Assembly (NCBI GenBank): GCA_965223505.1
Contig: CBDCWP010000024.1
Span: 64,001 to 128,000 of the forward strand
DNA: 64,000 nucleotides
Direction: 5' to 3'
Source: Planctomycetota bacterium
GTDB lineage: Bacteria; Planctomycetota; PLA2; JAEUHO01
Shown: positions 46,350-56,035 of the stretch, in pieces
How positions within the stretch are numbered: the stretch's first letter is position 1
Layout: each line of letters opens with the position of its first letter
The notes under the pieces: generated by a model
What the model was told of the DNA's origin: nothing
The model's input: the letters and a program-made list of their open reading frames with translations, nothing else
The model's database searches: none
Program-made: the position numbers and the translations under genes

Positions 46350-49133
46350 CTACGCGACGCCGATGGAGAGCGGGGCGCGGTCGTCGCGCATGCCCGGATC
46401 GACGCGCCACTGCGCGCGTGCCAGCCGGCGGCCTTCGCGCGGATCGGCCGCGGCGCGAATGAGCGCCCTGAGCTGCCGGCGCGCGGCGAAGCGGTGACCG
46501 ACGGCGCGCCCGGCGTCCCCGACCCGCGCGAACACCCGCGCCAGGATCCGATGAATGCGCAGGTCGTCCATGTGTCCGCGATCGCGCACTTCCATGAGCG
46601 CGGCGGCGGCGACGGCGGCCTCCCTGGCTTCGACCAACTGCTCCTGGCGGCGAAGGGCGTCCGCCAGGTGCGTGTACGCCAGCGCTCGTTGATCGGCAGA
46701 CAGCGAGATGTCCGCGCCGAGCTGCGCCAAGACGGAGCCGGCTTGCGCGGGCGACTTGCCCGTCGCCAGGTCGAGCCGGGCACGACCCAGGCGCACGTAC
46801 GGCACCTTGCGAGCGCCCTCGAGCGTGCGTTGCGCGGCCTCGACGTTTCCGGCGCGGAGTCGCGCATCGAAGAGCACGGCGCGGGCGATGTCGGCGTCGA
46901 GCTCGAGACCCGCTGCGCGTAGATCGCGCTCCGCGCGCTCCAGCAGACGCAGCGCCCCCGGTGCGCCCGCGCGCAGATCGGCCTCGGCGAGCATCGCCGC
47001 GGCCCGTACGCGAACTCGTGCGGAACCCCGCAATGCCGCCGCGGCCGTAGCGTGCTCGCGCTCGAGCGCGAGGTCTCCGCGCCCCCGATGGGCGACCGCG
47101 AGCGCGACATGGACGCGCGGGCGCATCGCGTGAAGGTCGTGCGCCGTCACGATCCGCAGCACCTCTTCGAGCTGTTCGGCGGCGCGGTCGTACGCGTACT
47201 GGCGAATGTACGCGGTTCCCATCGCGTAGCGAACGCGCGCTTCGGCTTCGGTGTCGCCGAGTAGCGCGTGCGCCTGGGCGGCGGTCGACATGGCTTCCTG
47301 CGCGCGGTGCTCCCGTCCGAGGGTCTGCGACGTCTCTCCGACGGTCGCCCACGCCGTCGCGGCATCTCGCACGAGCCCGCAGGCCTCGAACAAGCGGGCT
47401 GCGCGGCGCATGTGAGCGGCGACTGCGCGGGTCCGCCCGTCGTGCGCCGCGCACGTAGCGACACCGCGATGGAAGCGCGCGCGACGCCGAACGTCCGACG
47501 TCGAAAGCGACCGTCCTGCGCAGCGCCACGCCCGCCGTGCGCCGTCGGAGTCGCCCTCATGGGTGCAGAGCGCGGCGAGCAGCTCCCACGCATCGAACTG
47601 CTCGTGATCCACGCCCTTCATGCGCGGGCGCAACACGCCCTCCAGCAGCGCACGCGCTTCGTCGATGCGTCCCTTGCAGGCGTGCATTTCCGCGCGAACG
47701 TGGGCCTCACGGAGACACGGCTCCTCGTCACCGCTGACGGGCAAGAGATCGCGAGCGAGATCGAGGCGGCCCGAGCGCACCAGGTGCTGCGCGCATTGGG
47801 CGAACAAGGTGCGCTCGGCGCCGTTCTCGGCACGGCCGAGACGATCGGAGATCTCGACGAGACGTTGCAGGTCGTGACGCTCGATGCCGTCGTACGGGTG
47901 CACGAGATCGAGTCCGTGCTGTAGGGCCGCCAGCGCGTCAGCGCGTCGACCGGCGCACAGCATCGCGAGGCAGCGGGAGAACGCCGCCGCGCAGCCGTTC
48001 TGGTCGAGCGCGGTCGCGTGATCCCAGGTATCGGCGAGCCGGGACGCGACGCGCTGCTGGTGGGCGGGGACCATGCCGTCGAGGAACGCAGTCCGTTCTT
48101 CAGCGTCGGCGAAGAAGGTCCCGGGCTCCACGCCGTCTCGGGCTGCCGCTGCTTCTGCGAGCACGCCGTCGACGAAGCTGCGCTTCACACCGGCGGCGTC
48201 CGCGATGACCGAGAAGTCGACGGGCTCCCCCTGAACCGCGACGAGCTCGAGTACGCGCTGCGCCGGCGCGCCGAGCGCCTTCGCGAATCGGAAGAAGGCG
48301 TCGCAGGCGCGGCGACCGTCGGGCCATTGCCGCGGCGGACGCTTGAGGATGATGCCGCGAGGCTCCTTGACGAGGTTACCGGCTCGGGCGAGCGTGCGTA
48401 CGGCCTCGACGATTCGTCCAGGCCAACCGGCGTACCGTTCGTGCATCTGCGGGGCCAGCCGGCGCGCCGTCGCGACGTGACGAAGCCAGCGGCGCAACAT
48501 GAGCTCCACCTGCGATTCCGAGAGCGCGTCGAGGGTCCACAGGGTGCCTGCCGGCGCGACGGACGTGTCCGCGCTGACGCCCGCGATGACGCCGGGGCCC
48601 TGATGATCGGCGCTCGGCAGAAGGATCGCTCTCGCATTCGCGTGCAAGCGATCGAACTCATCGACGATGACGGGCCCGATCGGCACGAGGCGTTCGAGCA
48701 ACAGCCGAATCACATGCGGCACGGGGGTCGCGTCGCAGCGCGCACCGACGCCGCCGAACAACCAGCACGCCAGCGTGTCGACTTCCCACGACGGACGATG
48801 AAGCAGCGCGCGTAGGAACCTCGCGCCGGCGTGGACGTCATGATCGGCGAGACGGGTGCGAAGGGCTCGGCGAAGCGGCTCGTACGGTTCACTGCCCTGC
48901 GCGACCGGGCGAATCCAGATCGGCGGCGGTGCGTTGTCCTCCGCGACGATGTCGGCAGCCTCTTGAAGCACGCGCGTCACCCCCGATCCCCAGGGACCGG
49001 TGATGGTGACCCAGCCCCAACCGGCGCCTCGGCGGCGGAGACGGTTGCGCAAGCGTCCGAGAACCGGCTCTCGGCCCGTCAAGGGAGCCGGAGCTCGGTA
49101 TCCGTACCAGTCTGCTTCGCCCAGGGATCGCAC
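46350..49133 (-). CDS. STAND-like AAA ATPase + TPR protein with degenerate Walker A
   Basis: LTGRE, GPWGSGVT (Walker A with K>V), VIVDEFD (Walker B), GWP (GxP), long TPR-like C-terminus. Confidence 0.7.
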   Translation of the reverse strand: MRSLGEADWYGYRAPAPLTGREPVLGRLRNRLRRRGAGWGWVTITGPWGSGVTRVLQEAADIVAEDNAPPPIWIRPVAQGSEPYEPLRRALRTRLADHDVHAGARFLRALLHRPSWEVDTLACWLFGGVGARCDATPVPHVIRLLLERLVPIGPVIVDEFDRLHANARAILLPSADHQGPGVIAGVSADTSVAPAGTLWTLDALSESQVELMLRRWLRHVATARRLAPQMHERYAGWPGRIVEAVRTLARAGNLVKEPRGIILKRPPRQWPDGRRACDAFFRFAKALGAPAQRVLELVAVQGEPVDFSVIADAAGVKRSFVDGVLAEAAAARDGVEPGTFFADAEERTAFLDGMVPAHQQRVASRLADTWDHATALDQNGCAAAFSRCLAMLCAGRRADALAALQHGLDLVHPYDGIERHDLQRLVEISDRLGRAENGAERTLFAQCAQHLVRSGRLDLARDLLPVSGDEEPCLREAHVRAEMHACKGRIDEARALLEGVLRPRMKGVDHEQFDAWELLAALCTHEGDSDGARRAWRCAGRSLSTSDVRRRARFHRGVATCAAHDGRTRAVAAHMRRAARLFEACGLVRDAATAWATVGETSQTLGREHRAQEAMSTAAQAHALLGDTEAEARVRYAMGTAYIRQYAYDRAAEQLEEVLRIVTAHDLHAMRPRVHVALAVAHRGRGDLALEREHATAAAALRGSARVRVRAAAMLAEADLRAGAPGALRLLERAERDLRAAGLELDADIARAVLFDARLRAGNVEAAQRTLEGARKVPYVRLGRARLDLATGKSPAQAGSVLAQLGADISLSADQRALAYTHLADALRRQEQLVEAREAAVAAAALMEVRDRGHMDDLRIHRILARVFARVGDAGRAVGHRFAARRQLRALIRAAADPREGRRLARAQWRVDPGMRDDRAPLSIGVA

Positions 49134-49320
49134 GAGAGACTATCGACCGATCCGCGGTCAAAACCGAAGGCGACGTTGCGATGGGTGGACACGTCCGGTT
49201 AGGCGGCCATTTGTAGGGGCTGGGTGCTTCGAACCGCCGATACGAAATGACGTAGTGTCGAGATTGGCGCTGCGCCTGTCGAATGCAGGTCGAAGGGGCT
49301 GCGGCCCTCCCCGCTCGCCC

Positions 49321-50502
49321 CTATGCGCGTGCGGCGGTGTGCGACGGCGCGCCGTGATACGTCGGCCCGCGCATGGGGGCCTCGACGCGCAACGAACGGG
49401 CTACGTGATCGGCGACGTCTGCCGCCGCGTCGGGCCGACCGAACGCGCGCGCCCGCTTGGCCATGGCGTTGCGGCGCTTCGCATCGCGCAGAAGCCGGCC
49501 GGCGTTCCAGCGGATCTCTTCCGACGTGGGCGCCCAGACGCCGGCGCCGGCCTCCACGACCGCCAGCGCGTTGCGCTCCTCCTGACCGGCAATCGCACCC
49601 GAGATCAGCATCGGCTTTCCGGCCGCCATGCATTCGGACGTCGAGATGCCCCCGCTCTTGCTCACGACGAAGTCGGCGATGGACATGAGCTCGGCGACGT
49701 TCTCCGTGAAACCGAGCGCGTGCAACGTGGCGCCGGTCGGACGGGCCAGGCGGGCGACGCGCCGACGCAACCGCGCGTTGCGTCCGCACACGGCGATCAC
49801 CTGGGCATCCCGGCGTTCGATCCAAACGCCCTGGATCGCGCGCAGCATCGGCCCCGCGGCGAATCCCCCGGAGAGGAACAGCACCGTTGGACGGTCCGGA
49901 TCGAGGCCGAGATTGGCGCGTGCGGACCGAGCATCGTGCTCACGCGTGAACTGCTCGCGAACGGGAATGCCCGTGATGGTGATCTTGTCCTCCGAGATGC
50001 CGTAGGTGAGCGCGAGCCGCGCCTCGACGGCCTCGGACGAGACGTAGTAGTGCTCCACCCGCGGCCACGCCCAGAGACGGTGCGTGTCGTGATCGGTCAC
50101 GACCGCATGCAACCTCGTTCGGATCTTGTTCTTCCGCATCGCTCGATCGAGCAGCTCGGGCGCCAGGAAATGTGTGCAGACGATCAGATCGGGCGCGAAC
50201 TTCCGGCAGGCACGAATGAACCCGTGCCCCCCGACGATGGTGAGGAAGTGGCCGAGCGTGGACACGCGCGCATTCGTCGCGTCGTACAGCGCCCGCCAGA
50301 GAAGGGGGTGGCGGTCGACGAGCCGCACGTACCCCCAGCGGTAGATTCGACCGTAGGTCCGGTTCATGCGCGCGACCGCGTCCCAGTGGGCAACCTCCAG
50401 CGAGGGGTGTCGAGCACGCAAGGCGGACGTCACCGCGTTCCCGGCCATCACATGACCGTGACCGGCGGATCCGCTGACGACGAGGACACGGCCTGAAGAC
50501 AC
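49321..50502 (-). CDS. MGDG synthase / UgtP-like glycosyltransferase (GT28)
   Basis: SAGHGH, PDL..CTHF, VVTD, TGIPVR, CGRN, K.GG.S.SE, GQEE.NA. Confidence 0.92.
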   Translation of the reverse strand: MSSGRVLVVSGSAGHGHVMAGNAVTSALRARHPSLEVAHWDAVARMNRTYGRIYRWGYVRLVDRHPLLWRALYDATNARVSTLGHFLTIVGGHGFIRACRKFAPDLIVCTHFLAPELLDRAMRKNKIRTRLHAVVTDHDTHRLWAWPRVEHYYVSSEAVEARLALTYGISEDKITITGIPVREQFTREHDARSARANLGLDPDRPTVLFLSGGFAAGPMLRAIQGVWIERRDAQVIAVCGRNARLRRRVARLARPTGATLHALGFTENVAELMSIADFVVSKSGGISTSECMAAGKPMLISGAIAGQEERNALAVVEAGAGVWAPTSEEIRWNAGRLLRDAKRRNAMAKRARAFGRPDAAADVADHVARSLRVEAPMRGPTYHGAPSHTAARA

Positions 50503-50641
50503 GCTCGAACTGCACTCCGCGCACACACGAAGGGGGACGCACTCGAATCGTAGCACGCACCCGAAGTGCGTCCTCGAAGGGCGGACCGCCTCGACGCGGG
50601 TTCATCCCGTTCGCTTGATGGTCGTGTGGGGCCGGACGCGC

Positions 50642-53600
50642 CTAGCTGCAACCACTCGTCGCGCCACAGGTGTCGCACTTGAGGCAGGAGCCGTTGCGCG
50701 TCATCGTGAACGAACCACACTCACCGCACGCGTCGCCGGTGTAGCCCTGCAGGCGCGCCGTCTCCGCCATGGAGAGTTGCCCACTGCGCACCCGGACCTC
50801 GCGCGTCTCGGTCACGCGCGCTTGCACCTCGAGCTTGGGAGAAAGGCCGATCCCGCCCTTGCCCTCCGCACCGCCGCTCCCGGCGCCGTTCCCGCCGCCG
50901 TTCGTTCCCAGGCCGACGACCCGCGGTCGCAGCGCCTCGTCGTCGAACACGCCCTTGCCTCCGGAACCGTTCCCGTTTCCGTTTCCGTTCGCGAGGCCCT
51001 TCGTCTCCTCGACCACCTCTTCGTCCTCGTACTCCGGCTCATCGCGCCGAACGGCGTCGGGCTGCAGATCTTCCTGTGTGACCTGGGCCAGGTCCTGGCG
51101 GTCCAGGTAGGTGATGGCGAGCTCGCGGAACACGTAGTCGATGATCGACGTGCTCATCTTGATGCGATCGTTGCCGGCGACCACACCGTTGGGCTCGAAG
51201 CGCGTGAAGACGAACGCGTCGACGAATTCCTCGAGCGGAACCCCGTGCTGCAAGCCGAGCGAGATCGCGATGGAGAAGCAGTTCATCAAGCTCCGGAAGG
51301 CCGCGCCCTCCTTGTGCATGTCGATGAAGATCTCTCCGAGCTGGCAGTCGCGCTCCGTGTTCGGGTACTCGCCCGTGCGCAGATACACCTTGTGGCCACC
51401 GACGATCGCCTTCTGCGTGTACCCGCCTCGACGCTGCGGCAGCCGGCGGCGCTTCGCGAGGTACCGAACGACCTTCACGACCCGTTCGGCAGGGCTGTCG
51501 GCATCCAACGGAAGCAAGCCCTCGGCCTCGGTCGCCGCCGCTTCCAAGGCGTCGGGCGCGACATCGTCATCGGCGTCGGACAACGTGGCATCGAGCATCT
51601 CCTCGATCTCGTCGGTCATGGCGCTGAGCGGTTGGCTGAGCTTGCTGCCGTCACGGTAGAGCGCGAGCGCCTTGAGCATCAGCCGCCAGGACGACCAGTA
51701 GGCCTCCTTGACGTCCTCTACGTTGACCTCGTGCGGCATGTTGATCGTCTTGCTGATCGCGCCCGAGATGAACGGCTGCGCGGCCGCCATCATCCGGATG
51801 TGCCCCATGTAGTGGATCGTGCGCGTACCGGTGCGCCCGCACTTGTTGGCGCAGTCGAAAACCGGCAGGTGCTCGTCGCGCAGATGCGGCGCGCCTTCGA
51901 TCGTCATGGTGCCGCAGATGTAGTCGTTCGCCTCACGCACCTGCTCCGCGCTGAAGCCGAGGTGCCGCAGGAGATCGAACGACTCCTGGTTCAGAACGTG
52001 CTCGGGGATGTTCAGGTCGTCCACGAGGCACTCGTCGCCGAGCGTCCAGCGATTGAGCACGAACGAGATGTCGAACGCGGACGGCAGCTGCGCTTCGATC
52101 TTCTCGATCATCTCGGACGTGAATCCCTTGGTGCGCAGGGTGACGGCATTGATGTGCGGACTCTCCTTCAAGGAGCCGCTGCCCTTGATGTAGCGCACGA
52201 TGTCCTCGATCTCGTCCTGCGCGTATCCGAGCTTCTTCAAGGCGGGCGGGACGGACGCGTTGATGATGCGGAAGTAGCCGCCGCCAGCGAGCTTCTTGAA
52301 CTTGACGAGCGCGAAGTCCGGCTCGATCCCGGTCGTGTCGCAGTCCATCACGAGCCCGATCGTGCCGGTCGGCGCGAGGACCGTAGACTGCGCATTCCGG
52401 TACCCGTGCGCCTCTCCGAGCTTCACGGCGCGATCCCAGACCTCGCGCGCCGCCTCGACCAGGTACGAGGGGCAGTCGTCGGCCGCGATCCCCTGCGGCG
52501 TGATCGTCAGTCCTTCGTACTCCTTCGCCGGCGCGTTGTAGGCCGCGCGCCGGTGGTTGCGCATGACGCGCAGCATCGACTTGCGATTGCGGCGGTAGCG
52601 CGGGAAGGGACCGTGCTCGGCGGCGAGGTCCGCCGACGTGGCGTAGGACTCGCCCGTCAGCATCGACGTCAGCGCGCCGGCGTAGGCGCGGCCCTCGTCG
52701 GAGTCGTACGGAATCCCGAGACGCATCAGCAGCGACCCCAGGTTGGCGTAGCCGAGGCCCAACGTGCGAAAGTCGTACGAGAGCTTCGCGATCTGCCGGC
52801 TCGGGAACTGCGCCATCAAGACGGAGATCTCGAGCACGATCGTCCACAGCCGCACTGTGTGCAGGTAGTCCTCGACCTGGAACGTGCCCGTTTCTTCGTC
52901 CAGGAACTTCACCAGATTGAGACTGGCGAGGTTGCACGCCGTGTCGTCGAGGAACATGTACTCGGAACACGGATTGGACGCGTTGATGCGGCCGTCGGCC
53001 GGACAGGTGTGCCACTCGTTGATCGTCGTGTCGAACTGCACGCCCGGGTCGGCGCACGCCCACGCGCTGTAGGAGATCTTCTCCCAGAGGTCGCCGGCGC
53101 GGACCTGCTTGGCGACCTCTCCGTCCGTGCGGCGGATGAGCTTCCAGCTCCGGCCGTCCTCGACCGCGTCCATGAACCCGTTCGACAAGCGCAGCGAATT
53201 GTTGGAGTTCTGCCCCGAGACGGTCAGGTACGACTCGCTGTCCCAGTCGGTGCTGTAGGTCGGCACCTCCATGCTCGTGAAGCCCTGGGACGCCAACGCG
53301 ATCGCTCGCATCGCGTAGTTCGTCGGAATGAGGCTGCGGCGCGCGTTGCGCATCGCCTTGCGCAGCTCGAGGTTCTTGACGATGTCGAAGCGCGTCTCCT
53401 GCTCCGGCCAGCCGTGGCAGGCTTGCATGATCTCGTTCAGGCAACGCTCGAGGAGGCGCGACCCCGCGACGAGCGCGGCGACCTTCTGCTCTTCGAGCAC
53501 TTTCCAATCGATGAACTCTTCGACGTCCGGGTGATCGACGTCGAGGCAGACCATCTTGGCCGCCCGCCGGGTCGTCCCGCCGGACTTGATCGCGCCGGCC

Positions 53601-54343
53601 GCCCGGTCGCCGATCTTGAGGAACGACATCAAGCCCGACGACTTTCCGCCGCCCGAGAGCGGCTCGCCCTCGCCTCGAATCGCGCTGAAGTTCGAACCCG
53701 TCCCGGAGCCGTACTTGAACAGGCGCGCCTCGCGCACCCAGAGATCCATGATGCCGGTCTCGCCGACCAGGTCGTCGTCGACCTTCTGGATGAAGCAGGC
53801 GTGAGGCTGCGGACGCTCGTACGCCGACCGGCTCTTGTTCAGTCGTCCCGTCTTCGGATCGACGAAGTGATGGCCCTGGGGCGGTCCGTCGATGCCGTAC
53901 GCGAAGTGCAAGCCCGTGTTGAACCACTGGGGGCTGTTGGGCGCCGTACGCTGATCCGCAAGCGTCCGACACAGTTCGTCGTAGAACGCCTGCGCGTCGT
54001 CGTCGGTGTCGAAGTACCCGTGCTGCTTGCCCCAATGGGTCCAGCAACCCGCCAGTCGGTGAAACACCTGGCGCGCATCCGTCTCACCGCCCAGCACCGG
54101 GTTTCCGTCGTCATCCAGGACGGGACGGCCGTCGGCATCGACCTGGGGCACGCCGGCGCGGCGGAAGTACTTCTGCGCCAGCACGTCCGTCGCCACCGAC
54201 GACCAGCCCGCGGGGACGCGTACGTCGTCGAGATGGAAGACGACGGTGCCGTCGGGGTTCCGAATCTCCGAGGTTCGTGAAACCCACTCGAGGCCCTCGT
54301 ACGGATCCTGCCCAGCCACCGTGAAACGACGAGAAACCTTCAT
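50642..54343 (-). CDS. nrdJ: Vitamin B12-dependent (class II) ribonucleotide reductase
   Basis: [48 protein letters not shown]-terminal Cys-rich zinc ribbon. Confidence 0.97.
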   Translation of the reverse strand: MKVSRRFTVAGQDPYEGLEWVSRTSEIRNPDGTVVFHLDDVRVPAGWSSVATDVLAQKYFRRAGVPQVDADGRPVLDDDGNPVLGGETDARQVFHRLAGCWTHWGKQHGYFDTDDDAQAFYDELCRTLADQRTAPNSPQWFNTGLHFAYGIDGPPQGHHFVDPKTGRLNKSRSAYERPQPHACFIQKVDDDLVGETGIMDLWVREARLFKYGSGTGSNFSAIRGEGEPLSGGGKSSGLMSFLKIGDRAAGAIKSGGTTRRAAKMVCLDVDHPDVEEFIDWKVLEEQKVAALVAGSRLLERCLNEIMQACHGWPEQETRFDIVKNLELRKAMRNARRSLIPTNYAMRAIALASQGFTSMEVPTYSTDWDSESYLTVSGQNSNNSLRLSNGFMDAVEDGRSWKLIRRTDGEVAKQVRAGDLWEKISYSAWACADPGVQFDTTINEWHTCPADGRINASNPCSEYMFLDDTACNLASLNLVKFLDEETGTFQVEDYLHTVRLWTIVLEISVLMAQFPSRQIAKLSYDFRTLGLGYANLGSLLMRLGIPYDSDEGRAYAGALTSMLTGESYATSADLAAEHGPFPRYRRNRKSMLRVMRNHRRAAYNAPAKEYEGLTITPQGIAADDCPSYLVEAAREVWDRAVKLGEAHGYRNAQSTVLAPTGTIGLVMDCDTTGIEPDFALVKFKKLAGGGYFRIINASVPPALKKLGYAQDEIEDIVRYIKGSGSLKESPHINAVTLRTKGFTSEMIEKIEAQLPSAFDISFVLNRWTLGDECLVDDLNIPEHVLNQESFDLLRHLGFSAEQVREANDYICGTMTIEGAPHLRDEHLPVFDCANKCGRTGTRTIHYMGHIRMMAAAQPFISGAISKTINMPHEVNVEDVKEAYWSSWRLMLKALALYRDGSKLSQPLSAMTDEIEEMLDATLSDADDDVAPDALEAAATEAEGLLPLDADSPAERVVKVVRYLAKRRRLPQRRGGYTQKAIVGGHKVYLRTGEYPNTERDCQLGEIFIDMHKEGAAFRSLMNCFSIAISLGLQHGVPLEEFVDAFVFTRFEPNGVVAGNDRIKMSTSIIDYVFRELAITYLDRQDLAQVTQEDLQPDAVRRDEPEYEDEEVVEETKGLANGNGNGNGSGGKGVFDDEALRPRVVGLGTNGGGNGAGSGGAEGKGGIGLSPKLEVQARVTETREVRVRSGQLSMAETARLQGYTGDACGECGSFTMTRNGSCLKCDTCGATSGCS

Positions 54344-54540
54344 GAACGCCCTCCCTGCCCCGATCGACGTCACGTCGCCCGGCGCTGCCTACGCTTGTCA
54401 TCACCCGCTGTCTCGGTGCGCCGCCCGAGCACTCGGATCGCACACCCCGGACTCACGTCCACCCGAACTTCGTTCGCCCGATCTAACGCCGTCCGCGTGC
54501 CGCACCCGGTCCTTCCATCCACCCGGCCGTCACACGACCG

Positions 54541-54633
54541 CCCTCCTCGAGGCGGCCCTCCTCGAGGGCCCTATCGAGGCGGCCCGACGAGACAGCTCCC
54601 TCCGGGGGAGCCCCCTCCGACGGCCGCCCCTCC
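54541..54633. repeat. 15-nt-period degenerate repeats carrying CCCTCC (GGAGGG on the nrdJ strand)
   Basis: CCCTCC at 54541, 54556, 54598, 54613 and 54628. Confidence 0.65.
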
Positions 54634-54843
54634 GATGGAGCATCGCGGACGGAACGGCGGACACGAACCGGACCGGCGCTTGCCCATCGACAGGCACCGG
54701 ACCGACAACGAACGACCACGGTGACGGTCCCGAGCCATCCGAGAAGCCGTGCCCTGCCCTGGCGCCGCCTTCCGGACGTTCCCTGGACGGCCTCGGACCG
54801 CCTTGGAACCACGTGACCGCCCACGCACGGTCGACACTGTGAA

Positions 54844-54890
54844 CCACAACGGATTGTGGTGTCTCAGAGCCGAACCACGACATGTCGTAT
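54844..54890. promoter_or_regulatory. Tandem NrdR-box-like palindromes, 31 bp apart
   Basis: CCACAACGGATTGTGG (54844-54859) and CCACGACATGTCGTAT (54875-54890) versus consensus acaCwAtATaTwGtgt; upstream of nrdJ. Confidence 0.75.
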
Positions 54891-55140
54891 CACAGGCCGA
54901 TCGCCAACGCACGAACCAACTTCGGCCGTTCGGGGCCGCCACCTGGATCGAAACCCAAGACACTTCCCGTCTTGGGAGCGAGAAATTACGCCTGGCGGGG
55001 GACAGTGCCCCGGGCCCCATTCCTTGGGCCGGCGCCAACGCTCGCGTGCACCGGGTTGGGGTCTTCGGTGCCCAGCCCGCGGGCCTGCATCGGGTGGACG
55101 TGCCATCGCCGCGGACGCGCAGCCGCCCGCCGGATGCCCC

Positions 55141-55248
55141 GAAATTAGGAACGGGCCGGACCCTTACGGGTCCGGCCCATCGCCGCGAAGTGAACCAGAG
55201 GGAGGGTTGGGCAGGAGGAGGGAGTTGGTTCGGCCTCCGCGTTGTCCC
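55141..55248 (-). ncRNA. Candidate sRNA with anti-Shine-Dalgarno loop and terminator hairpin
   Basis: ECF-like promoter CAAC-N16-CGTATA (55279-55254); hairpin with loop ACUCCCUCCUCCUGCCCAACCCUCCCUC; 11-bp stem with GUAA loop (55153-55178) followed by a U-rich tail. Confidence 0.6.
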
Positions 55249-55294
55249 TGTTGTATACGCCCGCACCCCCGCTGTGTTGGCACTGACAACGGGA

Positions 55295-55303
55295 TTGTCC
55301 ACA
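55295..55303 (+). promoter_or_regulatory. Single DnaA-box-like site TTGTCCACA
   Basis: Matches the high-GC DnaA box TT(A/G)TCCACA; sits in an AT-richer patch. Confidence 0.4.
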
Positions 55304-55711
55304 AATCTTTACAACTACGCCGGATAGAGCGGGAATCCGCGTTCTCGCCGGCGTCGCAGCCGTGCCCCGTCCGGGCGCCCGTTTCGCTCGGCGCAACGCG
55401 GACACGACTGCGCCCCACGCCGCCACCTCGGCTTCGATCGACACGGGCCGCAGGCGACACCACCGCGCGCCCGATCGTGCACGCGGATTCGAACGCGGGA
55501 TGCCGACAACGCTTCAACGTCGCCAAAACCCGGGCTGGTTTTGCTTCTCGGCGCACTTGATTCCAGTGGTAGCTTTTCGCCGGAATCACGCCAGAAGGGT
55601 GATTCCTTTCGCAATTCAGGGTTGTGCGCATCAATGCAATCGGCGTTTGGTGTTGCACGACACGGTTCAGTTTCTTCACCACAATTCGTAGGTAGGAAGC
55701 AGGAGAGTTTC

Positions 55712-55939
55712 ATGGCTGCCAGGAAGAAGAAGAAGAAGCGCGCAACGCGCGCGAAGAAGGCCCCGGCTCTTAACCTCGTGGTCGGTTCGAAGGTCAAGGA
55801 AGCGATCAAGGGTTCGGGCTACCGTTGCTCGGGCGACCTGGTCGACGCCCTGAACTCGCACGTCCACCAGATCCTGAACGGTGCGGTCACGCGCTGCCAG
55901 GCGAACAACCGCGGTACGGTTCGCCCGCAGGACCTGTAG
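55712..55939 (+). CDS. Bacterial histone-fold protein with Lys/Arg-rich N-terminal tail (75 aa)
   Basis: LVVGSKVKEAIK...CSGDLVDALN...R...NNRGTVRPQDL matches the prokaryotic histone pattern (SKVK; TVR-x-x-D); AGGAG RBS; own terminator. Confidence 0.88.
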   Translation: MAARKKKKKRATRAKKAPALNLVVGSKVKEAIKGSGYRCSGDLVDALNSHVHQILNGAVTRCQANNRGTVRPQDL

Positions 55940-55983
55940 GCGACGAGCTCCGGAGAACGCTCCGGACGATTTCGCAGTCGTTG

Positions 55984-56021
55984 GGGCGTCACGTTTCGTA
56001 CGTGGCGCCCTTTCTTTCTTT
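55984..56021 (+). terminator. Rho-independent terminator after the histone gene
   Basis: GGGCGTCACGT / ACGTGGCGCCC stem followed by TTTCTTTCTTT. Confidence 0.85.
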
Positions 56022-56035
56022 CAGCGAGTGAGAGC

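Noticed and set aside
50615..54280. Long antisense ORFs (e.g. 50615-54280 +, 37115-39220 +, 292-2274 -, 57230-59533 -)
   Set aside because: Shadow ORFs opposite well-supported genes, as expected in GC-rich DNA; no motifs.
50642..54343. Intein or intron in nrdJ
   Set aside because: Catalytic motifs are contiguous; no splice-junction or homing-endonuclease signature.
54950..55030. Cobalamin riboswitch upstream of nrdJ (fragments CACTGTCCCCCGC, GGGAAG)
   Set aside because: Only scattered motifs; the B12-box and core helices could not be assembled. An Infernal search would settle it.
55480..55505. tRNA-like TTCGAATCC on the minus strand
   Set aside because: The T-stem does not pair and there is no cloverleaf.
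54344..55711. Replication origin in the large intergenic region
   Set aside because: Only one good DnaA box, no box cluster, no clear unwinding element, and no dnaA/dnaN nearby.
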